Positions 8,724 to 17,899 of a DNA stretch of 64,000 nucleotides are shown here, one piece after another (the stretch's first letter is position 1; each line of letters opens with the position of its first letter). A model generated the notes under the pieces. It had not been told where the DNA came from and did not search any database. It saw only the letters and a list, made by a program, of their open reading frames with translations. The stretch is taken from the NCBI GenBank assembly GCA_965199825.1, contig OZ241329.1, positions 576,001 through 640,000 on the forward strand, read 5' to 3'. The DNA comes from Bdellovibrionales bacterium (lineage in GTDB: Bacteria > Bdellovibrionota > Bdellovibrionia > Bdellovibrionales > UBA1609). The position numbers and the translations under genes are program-made.

Positions 8724-9227
8724 ATGAGCGCAAGTGTTCACGAAGGAACCCAAGACATTTTGAAATTGGGCCCAAATATGAGCTCAGAATTTAACGACTA
8801 TCTTGAGTTTTATTCTGAAGTCCTGCAGGGCGAGGCTGTTAAAAAAGTCATTATTGTCGAAGACGATGCCTTTAGCCAAAAGATCTTAGAGAACACCATT
8901 TACGCTTACAATCCTGATCTCTACTGCTTTTTTGCCAAAAACGAAGAAGAGACCTTAAACATTCTAGAACACTACAAGTGCCAACTGGTGATTGCCGATT
9001 ACTTTTTAGAAGGAAATAAAACTGGTTTAGACGTCTGCAATGATGTTCGAGAACTTTATCCCGATACAAAGTGTATTATCGTATCTAAAATTGGCCGCGA
9101 ACAATTTAAAGAGCTCGCGGGTCGGTCGCTGATGTCGCCACCACCATTTATCGAAAAACCAGTCAAAATTAATTTAATGCAAGAAATGCTAAACGTCATA
9201 TTTGGAGGGGTCAAAAATGCCTACTGA
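8724..9227 (+). CDS. Single-domain response regulator
   Basis: IIVEDD, VIADYFL, KTGLD, FIEKP receiver motifs; RBS AGGAGAGG. Confidence 0.85.
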   Translation: MSASVHEGTQDILKLGPNMSSEFNDYLEFYSEVLQGEAVKKVIIVEDDAFSQKILENTIYAYNPDLYCFFAKNEEETLNILEHYKCQLVIADYFLEGNKTGLDVCNDVRELYPDTKCIIVSKIGREQFKELAGRSLMSPPPFIEKPVKINLMQEMLNVIFGGVKNAY

Positions 9228-9972
9228 GAACCAGAACTTGAATATTGAGTATAAGGGATTTTCCCCTGATGCTGAATCAGAATACAAAATCAAAACCACT
9301 CTTACTGGTTTGCTCGAATCCTGCCCTTACGACTCGATCGTAAAGGCAAAGATCGCAGATCACGATGATCACTACCTTGTTGAAATCTTTGTTCATCATC
9401 AGTCTGGAAAGTTCAGTGCAATCGGTGAAGAGACCACTCTGTCCGAAGCCTTAAGTGTTGCAGCCTCGGAACTCACCGCACGTCTGCAAGACTGGAGATT
9501 GACCCGATTTAATCAAGCAAGCAAAGAAACCCAAGAGGGTTTGGATGTTTTAATCGTGGATGATGATCCATTGGCAATTCGGTTACTAGAAACCTGCTTG
9601 CAAGAAAATGGCTGTCGCACCGTTGCCGCCGAAAATGGCGAGCGCGCGATGGAAAAAATTGAGCGACAAAAATTTGATCTTGTTGTGATGGATTGGATGA
9701 TGCCGCGATTAAACGGAGGCCAAACCGTCTCGGCAATCGATCGCAAAATCAAAAAGAAAAACAATTCCTCTACCCAAAAAATTCCGGTTTTGACTTATTC
9801 GATTTGCGAAAAAGGAAAAATCCAGTTCCCAAAAACGGATGTGCTCTTTCAAATTGGTCATATGTCTAAAATTGCATCGTACCAGATTTTGCAAAAGCTC
9901 ACACGCGAACTGCTTCGTCAGGTCAAAGAGACCATGAGTCCCCAGCCCCAACCCGCTACTGTAAATTCATAA
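9217..9972 (+). CDS. HPF/RaiA-like domain fused to a receiver domain
   Basis: N-terminal ~95 aa with an HPF-like beta-alpha-beta-beta-beta-alpha pattern; C-terminal VLIVDDD, VVMDWMMP; RBS GGAGGGG before ATG 9217. Confidence 0.7.
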   Translation: MPTENQNLNIEYKGFSPDAESEYKIKTTLTGLLESCPYDSIVKAKIADHDDHYLVEIFVHHQSGKFSAIGEETTLSEALSVAASELTARLQDWRLTRFNQASKETQEGLDVLIVDDDPLAIRLLETCLQENGCRTVAAENGERAMEKIERQKFDLVVMDWMMPRLNGGQTVSAIDRKIKKKNNSSTQKIPVLTYSICEKGKIQFPKTDVLFQIGHMSKIASYQILQKLTRELLRQVKETMSPQPQPATVNS

Positions 9973-9973
9973 A

Positions 9974-10402
9974 CTAAATTGAGCCGTCAGCAAGACATTG
10001 CTGACGGAGAGTTTCGCTGCAATAGCGCTTTGTCGTCTCAAGCAAATTATCAATATCGATCGGCTTTTTAAAAGCTTCATCCGCACCAATTTGAATTTTC
10101 TTTTTTTGGACTTCGGTCTCTGCGGTCAAAATAAAAATAGGTATTGTTTGAATCCGGGCATCACAGAGTTGCTGGGCTCGAAACTCAAATCCATCCATCA
10201 CGGGCATCATCAAGTCGAGATAGATAATATCTGGAAGGGGAGATTCCGAAGCCAAAACATTGAGGGCTTCTTTGCCATTGCCAGCGCATAAAACGTCATA
10301 TCCCTCGCTCATCAACAATGACTTTAATATCAGCTGAATATCGAGTGAGTCTTCGACAACTAAGACTCGGCTCTTACGCGTGGTGTGCACTTCTTCCCCC
10401 AA
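9974..10402 (-). CDS. Single-domain response regulator (CheY-like)
   Basis: VLVVEDS, LDLMMPVMDGFEF, ILTA, KKP. Confidence 0.9.
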   Translation of the reverse strand: MGEEVHTTRKSRVLVVEDSLDIQLILKSLLMSEGYDVLCAGNGKEALNVLASESPLPDIIYLDLMMPVMDGFEFRAQQLCDARIQTIPIFILTAETEVQKKKIQIGADEAFKKPIDIDNLLETTKRYCSETLRQQCLADGSI

Positions 10403-10408
10403 AAGATG

Positions 10409-10780
10409 TCAGACGGACGGTTGCTTTAAGAAAAGATCAAGCTCCTGAACAACGTGCTCATACTCAGACTTGAAAGATTCGAATTTTTTTAAAATTTCGC
10501 TGGTGTCCATCGCGGGATCAAGCTCTTCAAAAAAATCACAATCCGACGAAAGCTTTTCGCCACCCAGATTGGCAGAAGCAGACTTAAGTTTGTGAGCGAC
10601 GAACTTACATTTGTAATAGTCTTTTTGCATAATCGCTTCACGCATTGAATCGACTTGGGGCCGGTAATCTTTAAATAACGCCACAAGCTCTCCAAGCAAA
10701 CCAACACCAAGACGCGAAGCAAGCTCCGATGGAGCTTGCACATTGAGGTAAGAGTAATTTGTCATAGCTGTTTCCATCAA
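10409..10780 (-). CDS. Hpt histidine phosphotransfer protein
   Basis: AHKLKSASANLGG Hpt signature. Confidence 0.88.
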   Translation of the reverse strand: MMETAMTNYSYLNVQAPSELASRLGVGLLGELVALFKDYRPQVDSMREAIMQKDYYKCKFVAHKLKSASANLGGEKLSSDCDFFEELDPAMDTSEILKKFESFKSEYEHVVQELDLFLKQPSV

Positions 10781-11469
10781 ATTTGAAATTTATAACCCAC
10801 GCCAGATACTGTTTTGATTGAGTGGTCATAGGGTTGAATTTTTTTGCGGATGGTACAGATGTGTTTGTCGATCGAACGATCTTCAATAAACACATCATTG
10901 CCCCAAATGCTGTCGAGCAACTGTTGGCGAGTGAGTACAATTTGGTGACTCTGTACAAATTTAAGTAGGAGTTTAAATTCGATAGGCGTCATCGAAATTT
11001 GGCGCTCTTCACCATCAACATTTAAAAACACCGACATGTTTTGGACCTCAAGGCGAATCGGTCCTTTAGTGATATTCTCCGAAAAATAACGCCGACGTTG
11101 AGCTCTTAAAATTAATGAATCCACACGAATTAAAAGTTCTGCTGTATCAAAAGGCTTTGTGACGTAATCGTCCGCACCTAAAGAAAACCCTGCATACTTA
11201 TCTGAGATTGAGTTTTTGCCGGTTAAAAAGACAACAGGCGTACTCGTGCTCTCGAGTTGGTCGCGCACTTCACGACAAAGATCAAACCCTTGACCGTCAG
11301 GCAACATCACATCCATCAAAATTAAAGCATACGATCGAGAATTTATTTTTATCCGCGCCTCTTCAACAGAACTCGCAGTCTCGACTTGATATTTAAAACC
11401 TAAAGCTCGCTGCACGATCAGCTGTGATTCAATAGAATCTTCGATAAGAAGAATTCGACTTTGCATCAT
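10777..11469 (-). CDS. OmpR/PhoB-family response regulator
   Basis: ILLIEDS, MDVMLPDGQG, GADDYVTKPF, winged-helix RSIDKHICTIRKK and TVSGVGYKF; ORF could extend to GTG 11544. Confidence 0.93.
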   Translation of the reverse strand: MMQSRILLIEDSIESQLIVQRALGFKYQVETASSVEEARIKINSRSYALILMDVMLPDGQGFDLCREVRDQLESTSTPVVFLTGKNSISDKYAGFSLGADDYVTKPFDTAELLIRVDSLILRAQRRRYFSENITKGPIRLEVQNMSVFLNVDGEERQISMTPIEFKLLLKFVQSHQIVLTRQQLLDSIWGNDVFIEDRSIDKHICTIRKKIQPYDHSIKTVSGVGYKFQI

Positions 11470-11732
11470 TGTGCCCGAGTTGTTGGACCAATTTTTGTTT
11501 TCTGGTAAAAGTTGTTTAATAGAACCCTCTCTTTTTAAGTTCACATATACCCCAATTGTAGTGCCAATATGATATGGTTTTTATCGAAGTTTTACGATGT
11601 TACGAAATCACGATCAAGTTAATGCTTTTAGTCTGGCTTTTAGGCCACAATGTCTTGACTTCCGCTACAGCTGCGAGTGCCAGGCTTTTGCTAGACATAA
11701 GTCATGTTTATCTCAACATGAGAAAATAACCC

Positions 11733-11759
11733 TAAAGAATCAAAACGAGACACCGAAGA
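11733..11759 (+). promoter_or_regulatory. sigma28 (FliA)-like promoter of flagellin
   Basis: TAAA-N15-ACCGAAGA. Confidence 0.6.
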
Positions 11760-11821
11760 GTTATTTAACTAAGAACCCAGATATCACGGACTGATATCTC
11801 GCATCTTCAAGGAGGAAGAAA

Positions 11822-12670
11822 ATGGGGTTACGGATAAATACAAATACGGCATCGTTAAACGCACAGAAGAATCTTGTGGGAACGAAGCTTGGTCTCGACA
11901 AAAGCCTTGAGCGATTGTCTTCTGGATATCGCATTAACAGAGCGGGCGATGATGCCGCTGGTCTTGCGATCTCTGAAAACTTAAAAGCACAGATTCGTGG
12001 CTTAAAACAAGCTTCACGAAACGCTCAGGACGGTGTGTCCTTGGTGCAAGTGGCAGAGGGATCTCTAAACGAAATCTCTTCTATCTTAATTAGATTAAGA
12101 GAACTCGGAGTTCAGGCAGCTTCTGATACTATCGGACCTGTAGAACGCCAATTTTTGAATGTAGAATATGATCAGTTAGTTTCAGAGGTTGATCGAATCG
12201 CTGATGGTACAGAATTCAACGGCACTCAACTGCTCAGCGGAACTGGTTCAGTTCTCGACTTTCAGGTGGGTACACGTAACGATCCAAATATTGATCGTTT
12301 GAGTTTTGATGCTTCAAAAGCAGATGCCAACTCTTCAGCACTTGGTGTGAACTTAACAAGTGTTGCCGATAAAGCCTCAGCACAAAATTCTTTGACCGCA
12401 ATCGACTCGGCCATCGTGTCTGTTTCAGCCATGAGAGCCGACTTTGGAGCAATCCAAAATCGTTTACAGTCCACCATTAGTAACATTGGTGTGAGTGTAG
12501 AAAATATGTCGGCTGCAAACTCTCGAATTCGTGATGTGGATGTGGCAGAAGAGACGTCAGAGCTTACAAAGAACAACATTCTGTTGAGTGCTGGAACATC
12601 TGTACTTGCTCAGGCGAATCAGTCCGCACAATCGGCACTGACATTATTGAACAAGTCTTTTCAAGGTTGA
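11822..12670 (+). CDS. fliC: Flagellin
   Basis: MGLRINTN, LERLSSGYRINRAGDDAAGLAISE, SRIRDVDVAEE, QAN. Confidence 0.97.
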   Translation: MGLRINTNTASLNAQKNLVGTKLGLDKSLERLSSGYRINRAGDDAAGLAISENLKAQIRGLKQASRNAQDGVSLVQVAEGSLNEISSILIRLRELGVQAASDTIGPVERQFLNVEYDQLVSEVDRIADGTEFNGTQLLSGTGSVLDFQVGTRNDPNIDRLSFDASKADANSSALGVNLTSVADKASAQNSLTAIDSAIVSVSAMRADFGAIQNRLQSTISNIGVSVENMSAANSRIRDVDVAEETSELTKNNILLSAGTSVLAQANQSAQSALTLLNKSFQG

Positions 12671-12794
12671 TTGATACTTTAGGTATTTAGTTTACTGACT
12701 TAAAAATCCTGACTGAGGCTGTATCAGCCTCGAGTCAAATTGCAAACTTTTAGGCTTCACAGCTTTGAATGTTTATTCTGTTTCCTGCGAATAA

Positions 12795-12823
12795 GGCCGC
12801 TGGCTGCAAAGCTAGCGGTTTTT
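12795..12823 (+). terminator. Rho-independent terminator
   Basis: GCCGCTGGCT-GCAA-AGCTAGCGGT followed by a T run, between convergent genes. Confidence 0.7.
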
Positions 12824-12824
12824 A

Positions 12825-14351
12825 TTAGAGCGAAGTCTGAATTTGTACAGACAATGCCATCACATCTACCGATGAAAAATTGCCATCAATTTTGACCTCG
12901 ACTCGCCCCTCTTGTAGTCTGTCATGAAACCATTTTTTTAAATGCATATGGTCCACATCAATTCTGATTTCATCCGAAATTCTCTCAAAGTCGACATCAC
13001 TTAAATCTTTTGAATACAGAGTTTCAGCAATCAGTTTGATCGCGGCTTGCAATGATTCTCGAGTACCTTCGTACACAACAATAAATCTTCCTTGATCCAC
13101 CGAGACTTCAAATTGGCCATTTGTCCATTGTGTGAGATGACGGAATAATTCTTCGTGATAAGGTTCAGATATCGCCATCAATTCGTAATCTGACCTCGTG
13201 TCCCGTAAATCAAAATTATAGATGATTGTAATTGTCGATTTTTTATTGCGCGTTGGAGTGACGTCAATATGGTATTTGCCACTGGCAGCATGATAATTAA
13301 CTGCAGATTCAGGCTCAGGCTGTTTTGCTACACTGAGTGGGTTTGGTCTCGGCTTGTAATGATCAAAATAGATCACCTGTTTGGGCAATTGATTTGGTGA
13401 GGTCCTGTAGTGCAAACTAAAATAGTTTGATCGTAGATTTGCGTCCTGTAGATCCGGTTTGCCAATAAGCACCTTAATCTGCCCGGGCTTGTAGCTCAAT
13501 TGCACCGAGTGAAGAATAGCTTGAGTCGCCGCCCATAAGGTTTGCCAGTCCCCGCCCTCCATTTGTTCATATTGAAAAATTAAAAATTGATGCGTTGAAG
13601 ACGAATCCAGCCAGACCTTGGAGTTTGCAATTTGGAGCTGGTCTTTAAGAGGCCGATCAAAATTATTGCTCAACTGATTTTGAATCAACTCCAGTTTTGG
13701 ATCTTCATTGGGATCAAGTTGAACCGCGACGGCGAAAACGTTTTTTTCAGATTGCCATTCGATAAATTGCGCATGTTCCGGCACCGCCAATCTCGGATAC
13801 GAAAGCCGGGTTCTGCGAACCGGATTGGGATAAAAAAATCTGGGCCTCACCCATTTGATATTACCCGTGGTGAAGTATTGTTTAAACTGCTCATGCATAT
13901 AATCTTTATTTAGTTTTTTTAATGTTTCCTGACTCCCTTCAGTCACCCGCGAGATCGGGTGGGTAGGATCTGCGGTTTCTCGCATAAGAGAGAGAATTTG
14001 CTTATCAGCATTATGCCGGTCGCTTAAAAAACTTTGTTGAACCAGTTTTTTGCTTGTAGTTAATTTGGGCTGGGCCAGAGCTTCCATGAATTCTCCCCTG
14101 GCATCATGGCGATGAATTGGATCTGCCAAGATGTTGAACTCGATATACTCATAATGAGTCTGAGCATAAACAGTCCGTTTTGTGGAGCGAGCAATTTGTT
14201 GGGCGATAAGATTAAAAAACCCAGAGGCATGAGGTGGATCTTGAAAACTTCCGACGCCTACGCGCACGATGGTGGACGAAGGTAAAAGATTGAGAACACA
14301 AGGATCCTTGGGTGAGGCCCAAGCCGTCATAAAAAATAATAAAATGAGCAT
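12825..14351 (-). CDS. Exported M16 (insulinase/pitrilysin)-like protein lacking HxxEH
   Basis: VGVGSFQDPPHASG and DPTHPISRVTEGSQETL resemble pitrilysin segments; the zinc-motif position reads NLIAQQ; short signal peptide. Confidence 0.65.
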   Translation of the reverse strand: MLILLFFMTAWASPKDPCVLNLLPSSTIVRVGVGSFQDPPHASGFFNLIAQQIARSTKRTVYAQTHYEYIEFNILADPIHRHDARGEFMEALAQPKLTTSKKLVQQSFLSDRHNADKQILSLMRETADPTHPISRVTEGSQETLKKLNKDYMHEQFKQYFTTGNIKWVRPRFFYPNPVRRTRLSYPRLAVPEHAQFIEWQSEKNVFAVAVQLDPNEDPKLELIQNQLSNNFDRPLKDQLQIANSKVWLDSSSTHQFLIFQYEQMEGGDWQTLWAATQAILHSVQLSYKPGQIKVLIGKPDLQDANLRSNYFSLHYRTSPNQLPKQVIYFDHYKPRPNPLSVAKQPEPESAVNYHAASGKYHIDVTPTRNKKSTITIIYNFDLRDTRSDYELMAISEPYHEELFRHLTQWTNGQFEVSVDQGRFIVVYEGTRESLQAAIKLIAETLYSKDLSDVDFERISDEIRIDVDHMHLKKWFHDRLQEGRVEVKIDGNFSSVDVMALSVQIQTSL

Positions 14352-14453
14352 GAGTGTTTTTTGTCTGCGAGGAAGTTTAAATCAATTGTTTTTATGCTCG
14401 ACCTTGATCTTGAAACCCTAGGCAACCTTAATTACATCTTTTAGACTTTATTT

Positions 14454-15041
14454 ATGAAAAAATTCTTAATTGTTATTTGTTTTTTGAGTCTTCCAACCTT
14501 TGCAGCTGTGTCTCCTCTTTCGATCAACGTGTTTCCACCGGTGGAGTTCCCGCCTTCTGATTTTAATGTTGCGGGATTCCGCGCCAGTCTCCTTTGGGGA
14601 TCACAACGAGACGTGCGCGGAATCGATTTGGGTTTTTTAGGAAATATTACTTCGGGCACATTTGCCGGAGCAAGCGCTTCGGGTCTTTTTAATATCACTC
14701 ACGGCACCACAACAGCCGTTCTGTTTCAAGCCGCTGGAGCAGTGAATTGGAACTCCAACAAAACTCGGGTACTTGGAATTCAATTGGCGGGGCTTGTTAA
14801 TTATAATGAAGCTGAATCGGCGGTCTCCGGAATTCAGGCCGCATTGCTCGCAAACTTGAGTGCCCACACAAATATTTATGGATTTCAGCTCGGACTCTAT
14901 AACAAAGCCCAAAATGTTTACGGGATCCAATTTGGTTTGATCAATGTGGCGGCTTCACTTCATGGAATACAAATTGGATTATTAAATTTTAATTCCACCG
15001 GTTTGTTCGCGGTTTCACCGTTATTGAATGCGGGGTTTTGA
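14454..15041 (+). CDS. Exported GxQxG repeat protein (LA_2272-like)
   Basis: Signal peptide; repeats GIQLAGLVN, GFQLGLYN, GIQFGLIN, GIQIGLLN; ends NAGF. Confidence 0.8.
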   Translation: MKKFLIVICFLSLPTFAAVSPLSINVFPPVEFPPSDFNVAGFRASLLWGSQRDVRGIDLGFLGNITSGTFAGASASGLFNITHGTTTAVLFQAAGAVNWNSNKTRVLGIQLAGLVNYNEAESAVSGIQAALLANLSAHTNIYGFQLGLYNKAQNVYGIQFGLINVAASLHGIQIGLLNFNSTGLFAVSPLLNAGF

Positions 15042-15138
15042 TTTTTGGTTTGGTCTCTGCGTGTTTGGTTTTTGGGAGTCCGGGAGTTGTTTGGCGGCTC
15101 GGGTGTTTGTGTGTCGCTCGGCCGTTAGGGTACTTATG

Positions 15139-15678
15139 CTAGGCTTTTTTAGTTCGAGCATCCCATTGTTCTTTTTTGCGCGCCTGAAACTCTTGTCGAC
15201 TTACACTTCCCGACTCGGATTCAATTTGATTTGCAATAATGTAGTCAAAGATTCGAGCCTCATCTTTTCCTTTTGAAACCACACGAGTAAAAACTAAGCC
15301 ATCCCAAAATCTACCAAACTTTTTTCCTTTTTGAGCTTTTGTTACAAGACGTGCAATCAAACCCAAGGTGACTTTAAAAAAGGTTTTTAAAAGATGAATG
15401 GCTTGGAAGCGGATAAGAAGATGAAAGTGATTTCCAACATTCGCGAATTCAGCAATACGAACACCATAACGATGCGCTTTATCATAGATCAATTTTTGAA
15501 TCTGTTGTTTGTGATGAAAGTTTTTAAAACTCTTCACGCCTCTTGCATGCTCTGATCTCGCCACAACATGAAGGAGACGATTTTTATTCAAGGGTCTCGA
15601 CTCCTTTCGCTTACCTAAGTTCACTTTTCCACCGTAAGATTTCGTATTTTTGAATACAAATAAATTTTGTTGTTTCAT
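15139..15678 (-). mobile_element. Y1 HUH transposase (REP-associated tyrosine transposase-like)
   Basis: LHVVARS, ANVGNHFHL (HUH), RFWDGLVFTR, DYIIAN (catalytic Tyr). Confidence 0.85.
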
Positions 15679-15684
15679 ATAATG

Positions 15685-15713
15685 CTTATACTCTTTTTAT
15701 TTATTAGATTCAA
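15685..15713 (-). promoter_or_regulatory. Leaderless sigma70 promoter of the transposase
   Basis: TTGAAT-N17-TATAAG-N6-ATG, no SD. Confidence 0.6.
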
Positions 15714-15780
15714 TATTTTTTTACTTCTTATCAATGACGTCCATCAAGTTTTTTCACTTTAAAATAAGTTATTTCCCGAA

Positions 15781-16108
15781 GTGATTTGCAAACCATTTTT
15801 AAGAATCATCGGGCACTGTCATTTTGAGAAAGTAATTTAGTTCGTTTTGCCAAACGCAAGAAGAGTCATTTCATTAGAACGCCCAAATTTTCTTTCATTT
15901 AATGATCTCCTGTGATGCATTCAACTGAGCTGGAAAAAATTTTTAAAACACTGGGGCACTGTCATTTTAAGAAGGTAATTTACGTCTTTTTGCCAAACAC
16001 CAGAATATCATTCATATAGTGCGCCCAAAAATTTTTTAATTCATTAATCTCCAGTGATGCGACAGACTGAGTTGCAAAAAGATTTTTAAACACCGGGGCA
16101 CTGTCATT
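15781..16108. repeat. Degenerate tandem array, ~143-bp unit, anchored by GGGCACTGTCATT
   Basis: GGGCACTGTCATT at 15811, 15954 and 16096 (periods 143 and 142); the two full units are about three-quarters identical by eye; a partial unit precedes 15811. Confidence 0.9.
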
Positions 16109-16579
16109 CTTTAAGCGCAAGTCTCCAGAGCTATGGTCTTGTCCAATTGAGTTTGAATAACCATGTAGTCGGAACAAGAGCTTTATAAGCACTTTCAATA
16201 AAACATTGAACAGTATGGTAGAACGTTTGGTTAAGAAAAGCGCATCACCAATCACGACAAAATAAGTTCCACGTGGCTTAGAATCTGAATTCTTAGCTCT
16301 AATTATAACAAAGTGGCTTGTTGAATCTTCAAAACCGTATCTCTATGGGAGCCAACGCACGATAAATATAAATCTGCTGAAAATAGATAAGTAATCAATC
16401 ATGAATACGACGAAAGATTTGCTTAATACCCCTATATATGTGAGCCAAATTATTCAAATGGCAAAGATCTAACGGTGGAACACATTCAAATTAAATTTCA
16501 CATTATTTATATCTTTCAGGTATAAGCAAGGCGAAGCAAATGACTTGGCATTCGGCCGAAAAGGTAATGAGGTTTATTT

Positions 16580-17899
16580 ATGCGCAATCTAGGTTTTATA
16601 GCTTTAACAATTTACTCAGTAGTTTTTTTTGTCGGGACGATGTCACCCACCTACGCTACTGAATCTCCGAAAAGGACATGCGAAACCCATTTAAGCTCCG
16701 AGCCCATTGAATTTGTCGATTATATTTTTGACCGATATGCATATTTAGGAATGCCTAACTCAGCCACAGAAGATGAGATTAAAAAAGAGATCGTTAAACG
16801 GAAAAGCCAAAATCATCCTGATCGCATGATGAAGCTTGGCAATGATTTGAGAAGAGCAGCAGAAGCAAATTGGAAAATTATTGAGAAAGTAGAAAATGTT
16901 TTGCTAGACGATCAGTTGCGGAAGCTTTTCGACGAACGACTCAAACAATTTCAAGATGAAAGCCCATCCCTTATTAGCAAAACAGGAACTGCAATCATAA
17001 GCTTGGAAAGAAATTTTATAAATACAGCATACTTGCTGAGCGGTGAAGAAAGCGACTTATCCGATCTGCACCAGCAATTAAGTGCAATGACCGGGCATAA
17101 GCCCAAAGATTTTGAACGGGCGAAGCGATTGTACGAAAAAAATGTTGAGGATATCGACTTCAAGGAAAATTACAAAAGCGCATTAGAGAAAAAGATTTCC
17201 TTTTTGGAAATTCTTGAAGAGTATTTGTGGGCCGCTGCGGGAATTTCGGGAAAAGCCTACACCCAATTTAAAGATCATATTTTTGATCCAAGTTTAATTC
17301 ACGAAGCCGTTCTTAGTCAGATTGAGCATGTCCGCAAAAATTTGATTCCAACGTTCATTCAAGAAAGAAGCCATTTACTTCTCACAAGCGCGGAAAATCC
17401 ATTGCTCTTATTGAGTTATAATTCGGTAGAGGGTAAACAGGACCAAGCGCTTATTTCCGATCATTTGGTTGATACCGTACACAACGTACAATCGCGATTT
17501 ACCGTTCTCAGTGAAGCGATAAAGTCTAATGCAGTTGAGAGAAGTCAAGCCATAGAGGATCTATTAAACTTATCAACTTTTAAAATATTGCATTTAGATG
17601 GTGCAGAGAAAGTAACTATATATTTATTAACCAACACAGATGTTGAGGATCCGATAGAATCCGCATCGGTTAAAGCTGCTGGTGTATTTGATGGAAAATT
17701 TCATTTGGAACCTATAAAGGACGACTTAAAATTTGGTGATTTGAGCAACGGCAATCATAAAGGTACGGTTGCCGCTGTTATCATGAATCAAAATTTTGGT
17801 GAAGCCTTATTAGAGATTGGGAATGCTTACAAACGAGTTCAGCGAACGTTTGGCGAAGAAATAGAATTAGGGGCGCTTCATCGCTCTAAGAAAAATTAA
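16580..17899 (+). CDS. Signal-peptide-bearing J-domain (DnaJ) protein
   Basis: YAYLGMPNSATEDEIKKE...NHPDR J-domain with intact HPD after a signal peptide ending TYA. Confidence 0.8.
   Translation: MRNLGFIALTIYSVVFFVGTMSPTYATESPKRTCETHLSSEPIEFVDYIFDRYAYLGMPNSATEDEIKKEIVKRKSQNHPDRMMKLGNDLRRAAEANWKIIEKVENVLLDDQLRKLFDERLKQFQDESPSLISKTGTAIISLERNFINTAYLLSGEESDLSDLHQQLSAMTGHKPKDFERAKRLYEKNVEDIDFKENYKSALEKKISFLEILEEYLWAAAGISGKAYTQFKDHIFDPSLIHEAVLSQIEHVRKNLIPTFIQERSHLLLTSAENPLLLLSYNSVEGKQDQALISDHLVDTVHNVQSRFTVLSEAIKSNAVERSQAIEDLLNLSTFKILHLDGAEKVTIYLLTNTDVEDPIESASVKAAGVFDGKFHLEPIKDDLKFGDLSNGNHKGTVAAVIMNQNFGEALLEIGNAYKRVQRTFGEEIELGALHRSKKN

Noticed and set aside
15811..16108. CRISPR interpretation of the 143-bp array
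   Set aside because: The intervening sequences are homologous to each other and too long for spacers; no cas genes
15980..16255. 91-aa minus-strand ORF across the array
   Set aside because: The repeat period is not a multiple of three and no protein features are evident
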